Part shown: positions 7,372 to 16,150 of the stretch, piece by piece
How positions within the stretch are numbered: position 1 is the first letter of the stretch
How the letters are laid out: each line of letters opens with the position of its first letter
Source of the DNA: an uncultured virus (IMG/VR IMGVR_UViG_3300024272_002111)
Taxonomy: Duplodnaviria > Heunggongvirae > Uroviricota > Caudoviricetes
Virus record (IMG/VR): IMGVR_UViG_3300024272_002111
Reading direction: 5' to 3' (one strand)
Length of the DNA: 20,000 nt
Position numbers and translations under genes: made by a program
Notes under the pieces: model-generated
Told to the model about the DNA's origin: nothing
Database searches by the model: none
What the model saw: the letters and a program-made list of their open reading frames with translations, nothing else

Positions 7372-7474
7372 TTTTTAAACGCGAAATAGCGTATATTTTT
7401 ACAAATAACATATTATCACAACCACCCTGCTATGTCAAGGGTAAATATAAGGATTAAAAGGAGTATAAAGAATT

Positions 7475-7690
7475 ATGGCAAAGCAGTTAAGTTATAAGAG
7501 AACAACAAGTGAGGCACTGACAGTAAAAGGTATTATGAATGCCGAAGCAACAGAGATTACTTATTTGAACGAGGACAAAGAAGAGGTTACTGTTGCGGTT
7601 CAGACATTATTAGATAAGTTTGCATCTCAGGGCGTGTCTTTAACCATTAAGACACAGACAGATGAGGAACTTGAGTTAGACGAAGAATAA
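7475..7690 (+). CDS. yonK: YonK-like small protein
   Basis: 71 aa with a VKG...F.SQGVSLTIK pattern and an acidic tail resembling SPbeta YonK as recalled; it lies directly upstream of the YonJ-like gene. Confidence 0.6.
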   Translation: MAKQLSYKRTTSEALTVKGIMNAEATEITYLNEDKEEVTVAVQTLLDKFASQGVSLTIKTQTDEELELDEE

Positions 7691-7704
7691 AGTGCAAATA
7701 TTTA

Positions 7705-7736
7705 AGGAGGGTGCAAATTTTGCACTCTCCTATTTT
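7705..7736 (+). terminator. Intergenic hairpin (GAG-arm family)
   Basis: AGGAGGGTGCA-AATTT-TGCACTCTCCT followed by ATTTT. Confidence 0.5.
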
Positions 7737-7753
7737 ATTGGAGGAAAAGGAAT

Positions 7754-8938
7754 TTGAATTATAAAAGATTTGAAAATGAATCCGACGAAGAGCTTATCTA
7801 CCGGATTACAGGTGAAAAGGAACAAATTGGATCTTGGCAAGATGTGGCTGACATATTAAATGAATTGTTGGGTACAGAATATACAGAATCAAAATTCCGT
7901 AAGCAGAGACAAGCGTTTGATAAGATGCTTGCTGCAAACCAGTCCAAATTTGTAAGTAATGATTCCCAGTTACAAGAATTGGTAGCACAGCGTCAGGAAC
8001 TGGAAAAAGAAAAGGTAAAGCTTCGTGACGAACGCAACGAATTGCTTAGAGTCATTCGTGAAGAAGCTCGAAAAGAAAGTTATAAAGACCAGGTGCTTCG
8101 CAGTATTGAAGAATATCAGAATAAACCGTTAGATTATGATGAAAATAAACGTTTTACTGGTATTTTAAAGACTGATAATGACTTGATTATCTCTTGTACT
8201 GATATTCATGCGGGCATTGAGATTAACAGTCATTTTAATAAGTATAATACTGATATTTTAAGAGACAGATTTAATCAGTATTTAGATAAGATTTTTGAAG
8301 TTCAGCTTAGACATGGTTCTGAAAACGCACATGTAATCTTATCTGAACTCGTGTCAGGAATTATACATAACACTCTTAGAATTGAAAACAATCAGAATCT
8401 CATTGAGCAGTTTTTGACTGTTACAGATTATCTTTCTCAGTTCTTATCTGAAATGAGTTATCATTTTAACGAAGTAAATGTATATATTTGCCCAGGTAAT
8501 CATTCGAGAATTAGTGCTAAGAAGGAAGATTCGTTAAAGGGAGAAAATATTGATCATCTTGCATTACCATATTTAAAGGCAAAATTGCAGAATTTTAGAA
8601 ATATCGTATTTAATGAAAATGACATTGAGGAGTCTATTGCTATCTTTAAAGTTCGAGATAACTTAATTATGAGTTCTCATGGGGATAAGGATTCGCCATC
8701 TAATGTGGTTCAAAAATTTACACTTTTATTTGGTGTAAAACCAGCCATCGTATATCTTGGCCATAGACATACTAATGGTTTAACAACGGTATATGACACA
8801 AAGGTTATTGAGAGTGGATGTCTGTCAGGGACTGATAATTATGCATTAGATTTGAGAGTACGAAACAAACCGGAACAAACTATTTCTGTTATTACTACAA
8901 ATGGTTTAGATTGTTTGTATGATGTTAAGTTTAACTAA
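7754..8938 (+). CDS. YonJ-like protein: N-terminal helical/coiled-coil region plus calcineurin-like metallophosphoesterase domain
   Basis: TDIHAG, PGNHSR, HGD and GHRH motifs; TTG start after GGAGG; synteny with SPbeta yonK-yonJ. Confidence 0.8.
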   Translation: MNYKRFENESDEELIYRITGEKEQIGSWQDVADILNELLGTEYTESKFRKQRQAFDKMLAANQSKFVSNDSQLQELVAQRQELEKEKVKLRDERNELLRVIREEARKESYKDQVLRSIEEYQNKPLDYDENKRFTGILKTDNDLIISCTDIHAGIEINSHFNKYNTDILRDRFNQYLDKIFEVQLRHGSENAHVILSELVSGIIHNTLRIENNQNLIEQFLTVTDYLSQFLSEMSYHFNEVNVYICPGNHSRISAKKEDSLKGENIDHLALPYLKAKLQNFRNIVFNENDIEESIAIFKVRDNLIMSSHGDKDSPSNVVQKFTLLFGVKPAIVYLGHRHTNGLTTVYDTKVIESGCLSGTDNYALDLRVRNKPEQTISVITTNGLDCLYDVKFN

Positions 8939-8945
8939 ATTTCTT

Positions 8946-8970
8946 GGAGGGTATCATGCCCTCCTATTTT
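8946..8970 (+). terminator. Intergenic hairpin (GAG-arm family)
   Basis: GGAGGGTA-TCA-TGCCCTCC followed by TATTTT. Confidence 0.5.
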
Positions 8971-8987
8971 CTTAAGGAGGGTAAAAT

Positions 8988-9212
8988 ATGTATAGAATTA
9001 TGTTGGTTGTAAAAGAGGGCAAAACTATTCAGGATACGCTCTACAAGTATTTGACTGTAACTAATACTAATGGCGAGATAATTCCTTTTGAGGTAGATAA
9101 TCTTCAAGCATTAGATGCACAGATTGAGACTATGCTCAAGGGTGATTATAGAAAAAAGGATTTTATTATTGTTTCTGAGACTACTTATGACATTGATGCC
9201 AATTTAATGTAG
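8988..9212 (+). CDS. Hypothetical protein (74 aa)
   Basis: AAGGAGG RBS and ATG; in the same operon orientation as its neighbours. Confidence 0.75.
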   Translation: MYRIMLVVKEGKTIQDTLYKYLTVTNTNGEIIPFEVDNLQALDAQIETMLKGDYRKKDFIIVSETTYDIDANLM

Positions 9213-9231
9213 TAATACAAGGAGTAAAAGG

Positions 9232-9825
9232 ATGGAAAGAATTGTTATTGAAGATATTTTTGATGTAGCAGATATGATGTATGATTTGGCAATAGACGAT
9301 GGGTTACATTCAACATTTGTGGGTAAATACGAAGATGTCGTAGCTTTAATCAAGGATTTGGCAGTATTTGAGGAGATTAATTTCGAAATCATTGAAGTAA
9401 ATCCATATTGTGATTATGACAAGGAATATTATGTGACTCTTGGTGCAGAAGATATGAGCCTTGCTGTTGAAAAGGCTTATTATAATAATGCGTATTTAAT
9501 TCATGAGACAGATGTTTTACTAATTGCAGATGATTGTAATTCTAAGATTTTAGAACGTATTGATTATGATACTGTTTTCGAAATTGGCTATGAGGTTGAT
9601 GAGCCAGAATGTGATGGTGATTGTGAAAATTGTCATTTAAGTGAGCCAGATACACATGAAGTTATTACTCGTGTTGCCACTGATGATAATGGTAAGTTAA
9701 GAGGTTTTGAAAAGTCTTGGGAAACCAAGGAAGACGGAATGACTTACCACAGTACATATCAGTTTTATTCAAGTGATGAGAAGATGCTTAAGGATATGTT
9801 GGAGAATTTTAAGATTAAATATTAG
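9232..9825 (+). CDS. Acidic hypothetical protein with a CxxxCxxC motif
   Basis: 197 aa, AAGGAG/AAGGA RBS, contains ECDGDCENC. Confidence 0.8.
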   Translation: MERIVIEDIFDVADMMYDLAIDDGLHSTFVGKYEDVVALIKDLAVFEEINFEIIEVNPYCDYDKEYYVTLGAEDMSLAVEKAYYNNAYLIHETDVLLIADDCNSKILERIDYDTVFEIGYEVDEPECDGDCENCHLSEPDTHEVITRVATDDNGKLRGFEKSWETKEDGMTYHSTYQFYSSDEKMLKDMLENFKIKY

Positions 9826-9862
9826 TTATTAAGGAGAGTGGTTGCCCACTCTCCTATTATAT

Positions 9863-9936
9863 TGGGATGTAATTCAGTTTGGCAGAATGCGTGATTTGGG
9901 ATCACGATGTCGTCGGTTCGAACCCGGCCATTCCAA
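9863..9936 (+). tRNA. tRNA-Pro(TGG)
   Basis: Acceptor TGGGATG/CATTCCA, D-arm ATTC/GAAT with GG, anticodon arm CGTGA-TTTGGGA-TCACG, T-arm GTCGG-TTCGAAC-CCGGC and discriminator A. CCA is not encoded after position 73. Confidence 0.92.
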
Positions 9937-9942
9937 TTTTGG

Positions 9943-10086
9943 TCAGATGGAAAATCTGATAAGGAGTTAAAGTAGGACGGTTTATACTGTCCTATCTCCA
10001 CCTTCTATGTGTAGACGAATGTTTGGGTATGCTCCAAACGGCACAGAATATTAGAAGGGCGTGGCGAAATGCTGCGCTCTATTTTA
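9943..10086 (+). promoter_or_regulatory. Structured leader of GIY-YIG gene 1
   Basis: Consecutive hairpins TCAGAT/ATCTGA, TAGGACGG/CTGTCCTA, CCTTCTA/TAGAAGG enclosing TGTTTGG-GTATGCT-CCAAACG, and GCGTGGC/GCTGCGC. Confidence 0.55.
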
Positions 10087-10108
10087 TTGCACAAAGGAGG
10101 AAATAATT

Positions 10109-11152
10109 ATGGGTAAAAGATTTAGTCCAAAAAAATATAATATTATTTGTGGGGTTTATGCTATTACAAATAAGATTAACGGGAAAAAGTATATTGGGAA
10201 ATCGGAAAATATTTATGTTAGATGGGACGAACATAGAAAAGAATTAAATAAAAATATACATAACAATAAACATTTACAAAGAGCATGGAATAAATATAAA
10301 GAAAATAATTTTTCATTTCAAATTATTGAAATTTGTGATTCGAATGAAGCTGCGTATCAACGAGAAATATATTGGATTAAATATTACGATTCTTTTAAAA
10401 ATGGCTATAACATGAACGAAGGTGGTACTGGCGGGCTAGGATACAAGCATACTCAAGAAGATATAGAAAAAATGAGTATTATTCAAAAGGAACATGCAAA
10501 CAATCCTGGTTATAGAGAAATGTTATCTGATGCACACAATGATTATAAGAAGCCAATTGTACAAATTGATTTGATAAATAATACGGTAAATTATTGGGAT
10601 TCAAAAAATAAAGCAGGCAGACATCTAAATTTACAAGCAGCAAATATATTGTCAGCATTAAATAGAGATAATCACTTTGCACATGATAGTTTGTGGTTTT
10701 ATCAAGAAGATTATAATGAGAACATTAATATTTGGGATTATATAGCACAAACAGATATGTATTACAGATATATCAAATACTATCAATATAATTTTAAAGG
10801 ATCGTTGATCAAAATATGGGATTATGATGAATTGTGTAATTCCAAATATATAAACGATTGTGTATATAAGTGTTGTAATTTCCAAAAAGGGTTTTATGAA
10901 AACAGTATTTGGTTATTCGAGAAAGATATAAATCAACTTAGTGAATTGGTAGAAAAATATAAAAATAAAGCAAAAATTTATTGTGAGCCGATTAACGTTT
11001 TTGATTTGAACGGAGTGTATTTACGTACATCGGAGAATATTTATACTGAATCAATTTTATCCGATTGTCGTGCATATGATATTTGTTTATGTTGTGAGGG
11101 TAAAAGAAAATCTGTGAAAAGTCTTATTTTTAAATACATAAATATATTATGA
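10109..11152 (+). CDS. Free-standing GIY-YIG homing endonuclease with NUMOD-like C-terminal repeats
   Basis: GVYAITNKINGKKYIGKS, RW..H, E.YWI and GYNMNEGG motifs. AAAGGAGG precedes ATG 10109; the ORF-track start at 10061 lies in a hairpin. Confidence 0.9.
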   Translation: MGKRFSPKKYNIICGVYAITNKINGKKYIGKSENIYVRWDEHRKELNKNIHNNKHLQRAWNKYKENNFSFQIIEICDSNEAAYQREIYWIKYYDSFKNGYNMNEGGTGGLGYKHTQEDIEKMSIIQKEHANNPGYREMLSDAHNDYKKPIVQIDLINNTVNYWDSKNKAGRHLNLQAANILSALNRDNHFAHDSLWFYQEDYNENINIWDYIAQTDMYYRYIKYYQYNFKGSLIKIWDYDELCNSKYINDCVYKCCNFQKGFYENSIWLFEKDINQLSELVEKYKNKAKIYCEPINVFDLNGVYLRTSENIYTESILSDCRAYDICLCCEGKRKSVKSLIFKYINIL

Positions 11153-11213
11153 TGAAGAGTTTTAAATCAAGCTCTTCTATTGTGGATTAAAAGGATGAAG
11201 GAGTGTGAGGAAT

Positions 11214-12266
11214 ATGGCGTATTTGAAACCGCCCAAAAATGATGAAGAGGTCAAAAAGCTTACTTTGTCAGGAGTTAAGAAAGCCTATTCTGAGCTTTCT
11301 AAAGATTATTTAAGATTATTGGATGGGGATTACATTTACTGTGGTAAATGTAATTCCTTTTTAAGTAAAGATACTTTTTATTCAAGTAATGATTATGCAT
11401 CTGGTAAATTCCCGGTGTGTAAAAAATGTCTGATGTTAATGGCCACGGATTATGAAAAGAAAACAAATACATATACAGACAATAAAGAAAAGACAAAAGA
11501 GACTTTGAGGTTTTTAGATTTACCATTTATCGAGTCTGCGTATAATTCAGCTCTCTCATCTGTGCAGGCAGAGGTAAATGAAAAAAACCGAGGAACCGCT
11601 TGGCAACAATACATTACCATGGTTCAGTCTCTCCCGAACTGGCGAGGACTCCGTTGGAAAGATAGTGACTTCGGATTTGATGATATTACCGAGAACGAAG
11701 AAACAAAGATAAATGCAAAAACAATTAAAAATGGGAAAAAGCGTTTTGGCAATTATCCTCCTGAAGACTTGATGTTTTTAGAGAATGAATATCAAGACTG
11801 GATTACTAGATATGAATGTAATACAAAGGCGCAAGAATCTATTTTTGAGCGACTGAGTTTTAAAAAGTGGGAAATTAATAAGGCTACTAAAAGTGGACTT
11901 CCGACCAAAGATTTGGATAAGACCTATCAAGAGTTACTTGCAACAGCAAATATTACTCCAAGACAGGCTGGTTCTGATAATATTTCTGACGCACAAACTT
12001 TTGGAACATTAATTCAGAAATATGAAGAAACTCGTCCTCTGCCAGAAATAGATCCGGAGTTAGAAGATGTTGATAAGATAGGGTTGTATATTGACGTTTT
12101 CTTTAAAGGTCACGCCTCGAAGATGCTTGGCTTAAAAAATAATTTTACTCATATTTATGAAAGATTCATGAAAAAATTTACTGTTACCAAACCTCAGTAT
12201 GACGATGAGGAAGATAGTGAAGATATCTTTAATAGAGTGTTTGGAAGTTTGGAAGATGAAGAGTAG
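11214..12266 (+). CDS. Putative terminase small subunit (YonG-like) with N-terminal Zn finger
   Basis: CGKC...FY...CKKC finger; immediately upstream of the large terminase. Start is GTG 11205 or ATG 11214. Confidence 0.65.
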   Translation: MAYLKPPKNDEEVKKLTLSGVKKAYSELSKDYLRLLDGDYIYCGKCNSFLSKDTFYSSNDYASGKFPVCKKCLMLMATDYEKKTNTYTDNKEKTKETLRFLDLPFIESAYNSALSSVQAEVNEKNRGTAWQQYITMVQSLPNWRGLRWKDSDFGFDDITENEETKINAKTIKNGKKRFGNYPPEDLMFLENEYQDWITRYECNTKAQESIFERLSFKKWEINKATKSGLPTKDLDKTYQELLATANITPRQAGSDNISDAQTFGTLIQKYEETRPLPEIDPELEDVDKIGLYIDVFFKGHASKMLGLKNNFTHIYERFMKKFTVTKPQYDDEEDSEDIFNRVFGSLEDEE

Positions 12267-12274
12267 GTGGTATT

Positions 12275-14041
12275 ATGGTGAATAATAAAAAAACTATCTC
12301 CGAAGTCCAAAAAGAAAAATCGGAACGCTTAATGGATGGTATCGGGTATTGGGCAGCATTCTATAGAAAAAATCCACAAAGATTCGTAAAAGAATTTTTG
12401 AACATGAATTTAAAACTGTTTCAAAAGATACTTATCTATATGATGATGGTAAGTACGAATTTTCTTTACATAGCCAGCCGCGGATCTGGAAAAACTTGGT
12501 TAACTAGCCTTTATTGTGTAGTCAGATGCATTTTATATCCGGGTACAAAGATTTGTGTAGCTTCCGGTGTAAAATCGCAGGCAGTAGAAGTTATTACTAA
12601 AATAGAAACAGATTTCTTAAAGAATTATTCATGGGGGTCACAAAATTTAAGAAACGAAATTAGCTTCATATCTTCTAGTGTTAATAATGCCAGAGTGGAT
12701 TTTCATAATGGTTCTTGGATAAATATTGTAACAAGTAATGATAATGCCCGTCATAATCGTGCAAATATTATAGTTGTGGACGAGTTTAGAATGGTAGATT
12801 TAAATGTTATCAATACCGTATTACGTAAGTTTTTGACAACAACAAGAATGCCAGGATATTTATCTAAGCCAGAATATGCTCATTTACAAGAGCGAAACTC
12901 AGAAGTATATATGTCTTCTGCCTTTTATCAGAGTCATTGGGCATATGATAAAACAAAAGCTTATTTTGCAAATATGCTTGATGATAAACGTAAGTATTTT
13001 TGCTGCGGATTACCGTATCAGCTTGCAATCAAAGAAGGTTTATTGCAAAAAGAACAAGTAGAGGATGAAATGTCAGAAGACGATTTCGATGAAATTGCAT
13101 TCTCTATGGAAATGGGAGCACTTTGGTATGGAGATTCTGATGGTGCTTTCTTTAGATATGATGATATTTCAAAACATAGAAAAATTAAAAATGCTTACTA
13201 CTCTCTTGATATGTATGATAAACGAGGGGTTAATATCCCTGAGTTGGCATATGGAGAAAAACGAATTATGTCGGTGGACGTTGCTCTTATGGCAACTAAA
13301 AAACATGCAAACGATGCTACTGCCATCGTGATTAACGTAGCGATACCTACAAATAACAATTCTTATACTAGCAATATTGTTTATATAGAAACATTTGAAG
13401 GTCTTAAAACAGACGAGCTTGGCATTATTATTATGAGATATTTCTATAAGTATAAATGTACAGACTTGGTATTAGACTGTCAAGGTAATGGTTTAGGTGT
13501 TTATGATTTTATCACCAAAGAGCAATATGATACGACTACCGGTGAAACTTATACTGCTATGTGTAGCTGTAATGATGATAATATGGCAAGCCGTTGTACC
13601 GCAAAAAATGCCAACAAGGTTGTTTGGACTGTTAAGGCTAATGCAGAATTTAACTCTTCTGCCGCTACTCTTTTGAGAGCAGGTATTAAGAATGGCAATA
13701 TAAACTTTCTTGCTTCTGAATTTGACATTGAAGATAGCATTAAGAAAACAAGCGGGTATTCTAAAATGTCTGCAAGTGAGCAGGCAAGATTAAAATTGCC
13801 ATATGTGCAAACAAGTTTGTTAATTAATGAAATGATTAATCTTGAACATGAAATTGTTAATAATCGTGTTAAGTTAAAAGAACGAGCAGGAATGAGAAAG
13901 GATAGATTTTCATCTCTTGAATATAATTATTATGTTACTCAACAACTAGCATTAAAATTAAAACCAAAACAAGATTTTGGAAATCTCGTCTCTCAGCTTA
14001 CAATTCGTCCGGCGAGACGATTATCTTCATTTAATGATTAA
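12275..14041 (+). CDS. terL: Terminase large subunit (YonF-like)
   Basis: Walker A ASRGSGKT, Walker B IIVVDE, coupling motif YMSSA, nuclease SVDVA and KDRFSS. Confidence 0.92.
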   Translation: MVNNKKTISEVQKEKSERLMDGIGYWAAFYRKNPQRFVKEFLNMNLKLFQKILIYMMMVSTNFLYIASRGSGKTWLTSLYCVVRCILYPGTKICVASGVKSQAVEVITKIETDFLKNYSWGSQNLRNEISFISSSVNNARVDFHNGSWINIVTSNDNARHNRANIIVVDEFRMVDLNVINTVLRKFLTTTRMPGYLSKPEYAHLQERNSEVYMSSAFYQSHWAYDKTKAYFANMLDDKRKYFCCGLPYQLAIKEGLLQKEQVEDEMSEDDFDEIAFSMEMGALWYGDSDGAFFRYDDISKHRKIKNAYYSLDMYDKRGVNIPELAYGEKRIMSVDVALMATKKHANDATAIVINVAIPTNNNSYTSNIVYIETFEGLKTDELGIIIMRYFYKYKCTDLVLDCQGNGLGVYDFITKEQYDTTTGETYTAMCSCNDDNMASRCTAKNANKVVWTVKANAEFNSSAATLLRAGIKNGNINFLASEFDIEDSIKKTSGYSKMSASEQARLKLPYVQTSLLINEMINLEHEIVNNRVKLKERAGMRKDRFSSLEYNYYVTQQLALKLKPKQDFGNLVSQLTIRPARRLSSFND

Positions 14042-14113
14042 ATAAACAGAACCCACCACGCCTCTTAACAATGCGCAACCCGGTGGGTTAATTAATATAA
14101 AGGAGGTGTCCGA

Positions 14114-15676
14114 ATGGCACGAAAAATGGAAAAGACAGAGGTGACTACTACGACACCTTCTAACGTAAAGAAACAACCTACTGCGGTTGAAGTTAGGGAA
14201 TTTTATGAGAAGAATAAAGATGCAATTAAGACTTTTGCCATGACAGAAAGTGCAGCAAAACCATTAAAAGATGTCACTAAGACTGCAACAAAAAGTATTA
14301 GTACGTTTAATCGGGAAACGTTGCGTTCCTATATTTCTAATTTAGGATCTAATGAGAAAAATCTTAGAAGTCTTTCATGGTATTTATACTACAGATCTCA
14401 AACATATGCTAGATTAATGAATTTTTACGCAGATATGTTTTGTTTATATGCTAGACGAGTAATTCCACCATACGATTTGGTTAAAGGTGGCGATGCTACG
14501 AAGATGTTAAAGTCATATAATGATACCCTTAACGTGTTAGAAAAAATGAATTTACAACAAGAGATGCGCAATGCATATTTAAATTGTTTTATTCAAGATG
14601 TGTTTTATGGTGTTGTTATCTATGATGATACAGGTATTTTTATTTGGCAAGTTCCATCCGATTATGCAAAAATAGCCGGAAAGTATTCTACTGGTGATTA
14701 TAGTTTTGCTATTGACTGTTCTTATTTTAGATCTCATCAAGAACTTTTAGAATATATGCCAGACCCTTTGGATGCTATGTATAAAGAGTATCAGAGTTCT
14801 GGTCAAAAATGGATTGTTGTTCCGGATATTAACTGTTTATGCTTGAAGTTTAGAAGTGAAGATTGGGAAACTGTTTTACCACCAATGACTCCTATTTTTG
14901 AAGCACTTATTAATTTAAGTGATTTAGAGTCTATTCAGGCAGTAGCTAATGAGCAAGAAATTTATAAAATGATTTGGTTACAAATGGAGACTTTATCTGG
15001 AGCAGATTCCCCTGATGAATGGAAAGTAGACCCGTCCATTATGATTGAGTATTTTAATCGCATGATAAATGAGGCTCTACCAGATTATATTTCGGCAGCT
15101 ATTGTGCCAGGAAAATTAGAGACAGTATCGTTTACTGACACACAAAAGGCCAATGATACTACTAAAATTGCGAAGGCTACAGAAACTGTTTTAAATACGG
15201 CGGGCGGTGCAGAGATTTTAAATGGTAGTACTATTTCCGGCGCAGAAGCATTTAGATATGCACAGATAGTAAACACTGAATATGCAATATCTTCTCTTCT
15301 ACCGCAAACCCAGGCATGGGTGAATCGTTTCTTATCTCTTCAACTTGGAAATCCTAGCAGAGTTGAATTCTTCCCAGTAAGTGTTTATACAAAAGATACT
15401 TTTAAAAAAGATTTATTAGAGTCTTGTCAATATGGATTTAATAATAAAATTGCGTATAACACTCTTAATGGAATTTCTGAAAAAGAAACACTTGCAATGG
15501 CATTCTTTGAAGAACAGGTATTGGGATTGCATGATATTATGAAATATCCACTGTCTAGTTCTTTTACTACCGCTGGTACAGATAATCCAACCGGAGAAGA
15601 TGGCAGACCAAAGGATGATGTACAGACAACAAGTGGGGAATCGTCCGAAGAGAAAAGAGATAAGAGCAACGGATAA
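14114..15676 (+). CDS. Portal protein (YonE-like)
   Basis: 520 aa directly after terL, with LRSLSWYLY, a C-terminal PLSSSFT...GRP tail and an AAGGAGGTG RBS. Confidence 0.8.
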   Translation: MARKMEKTEVTTTTPSNVKKQPTAVEVREFYEKNKDAIKTFAMTESAAKPLKDVTKTATKSISTFNRETLRSYISNLGSNEKNLRSLSWYLYYRSQTYARLMNFYADMFCLYARRVIPPYDLVKGGDATKMLKSYNDTLNVLEKMNLQQEMRNAYLNCFIQDVFYGVVIYDDTGIFIWQVPSDYAKIAGKYSTGDYSFAIDCSYFRSHQELLEYMPDPLDAMYKEYQSSGQKWIVVPDINCLCLKFRSEDWETVLPPMTPIFEALINLSDLESIQAVANEQEIYKMIWLQMETLSGADSPDEWKVDPSIMIEYFNRMINEALPDYISAAIVPGKLETVSFTDTQKANDTTKIAKATETVLNTAGGAEILNGSTISGAEAFRYAQIVNTEYAISSLLPQTQAWVNRFLSLQLGNPSRVEFFPVSVYTKDTFKKDLLESCQYGFNNKIAYNTLNGISEKETLAMAFFEEQVLGLHDIMKYPLSSSFTTAGTDNPTGEDGRPKDDVQTTSGESSEEKRDKSNG

Positions 15677-15731
15677 TTTTGAAGAGAAGGACTTATCTCC
15701 TTCTCTTTCTTAATATAAGGAGTGATGAGAA

Positions 15732-15926
15732 ATGGATTGTGAAAAATCCAACATGAAATTTATAAAAACATCTGACCTACAAATGGTAAACCAATTACGT
15801 TTATTTGGTTTTACAGAAATTGGTGAACCTATTGATGGTTTGTATTGTTTTATTAATGATGGAAAGAGATTAAATTTTGATGCATCAAAATATGATTATG
15901 TTTATACAAATATTTTACATATGTAG
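15732..15926 (+). CDS. Hypothetical protein (64 aa)
   Basis: AAGGAG RBS; bounded by hairpins on both sides. Confidence 0.65.
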   Translation: MDCEKSNMKFIKTSDLQMVNQLRLFGFTEIGEPIDGLYCFINDGKRLNFDASKYDYVYTNILHM

Positions 15927-15963
15927 AGTGAGTTATTGAGTTGACTCACTCTATTATTGTATA

Positions 15964-16120
15964 GTCGGTAACTCATGTTAGGGTATGTTCCTAACACCGA
16001 CAAGAGAGACTTATGGGATAATTACCCACCACTCTTCTATCCATTAAGACTTGGCAAAATGCCAGGTCTTTTTGATTGGAGGAAAGCACATGTCGTGAGA
16101 CAGCAGTAAGCCTTTCCTCT
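15964..16120 (+). promoter_or_regulatory. Structured leader of GIY-YIG gene 2, including a terminator-like hairpin
   Basis: GTCGG/CCGAC enclosing TGTTAGG-GTATGTT-CCTAACA; AAGAG/CTCTT enclosing TGGG-ATAATTA-CCCA; AAGACTTGGCA/TGCCAGGTCTT plus TTT (16046-16073); GAGGAAAG/CTTTCCTC enclosing TGTC-GTGA-GACA. Confidence 0.6.
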
Positions 16121-16150
16121 TTTGTTTTTACAAAGGAGGAGAAAATAATA

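Noticed and set aside
9937..10000. Possible self-cleaving ribozyme (theta/HDV-like or hammerhead) downstream of tRNA-Pro
   Set aside because: CTGATAAG does not match CUGANGA with a correctly placed GAAA, and I could not build a nested double pseudoknot.
10061..10108. Upstream starts at 10061, 16076 and 187 given by the ORF track
   Set aside because: Strong Shine-Dalgarno sequences point to ATG 10109, 16151 and 202; the extensions run through hairpins or RBS sequence.
9940..11200. Group I intron around either GIY-YIG gene
   Set aside because: Flanking genes appear complete and I recognised no group I core elements.
16089..16103. GTCGTGAGACAG resembling a 23S rRNA segment
   Set aside because: It is only a 12-nt match, explained by a GUGA tetraloop hairpin, with no surrounding rRNA sequence.
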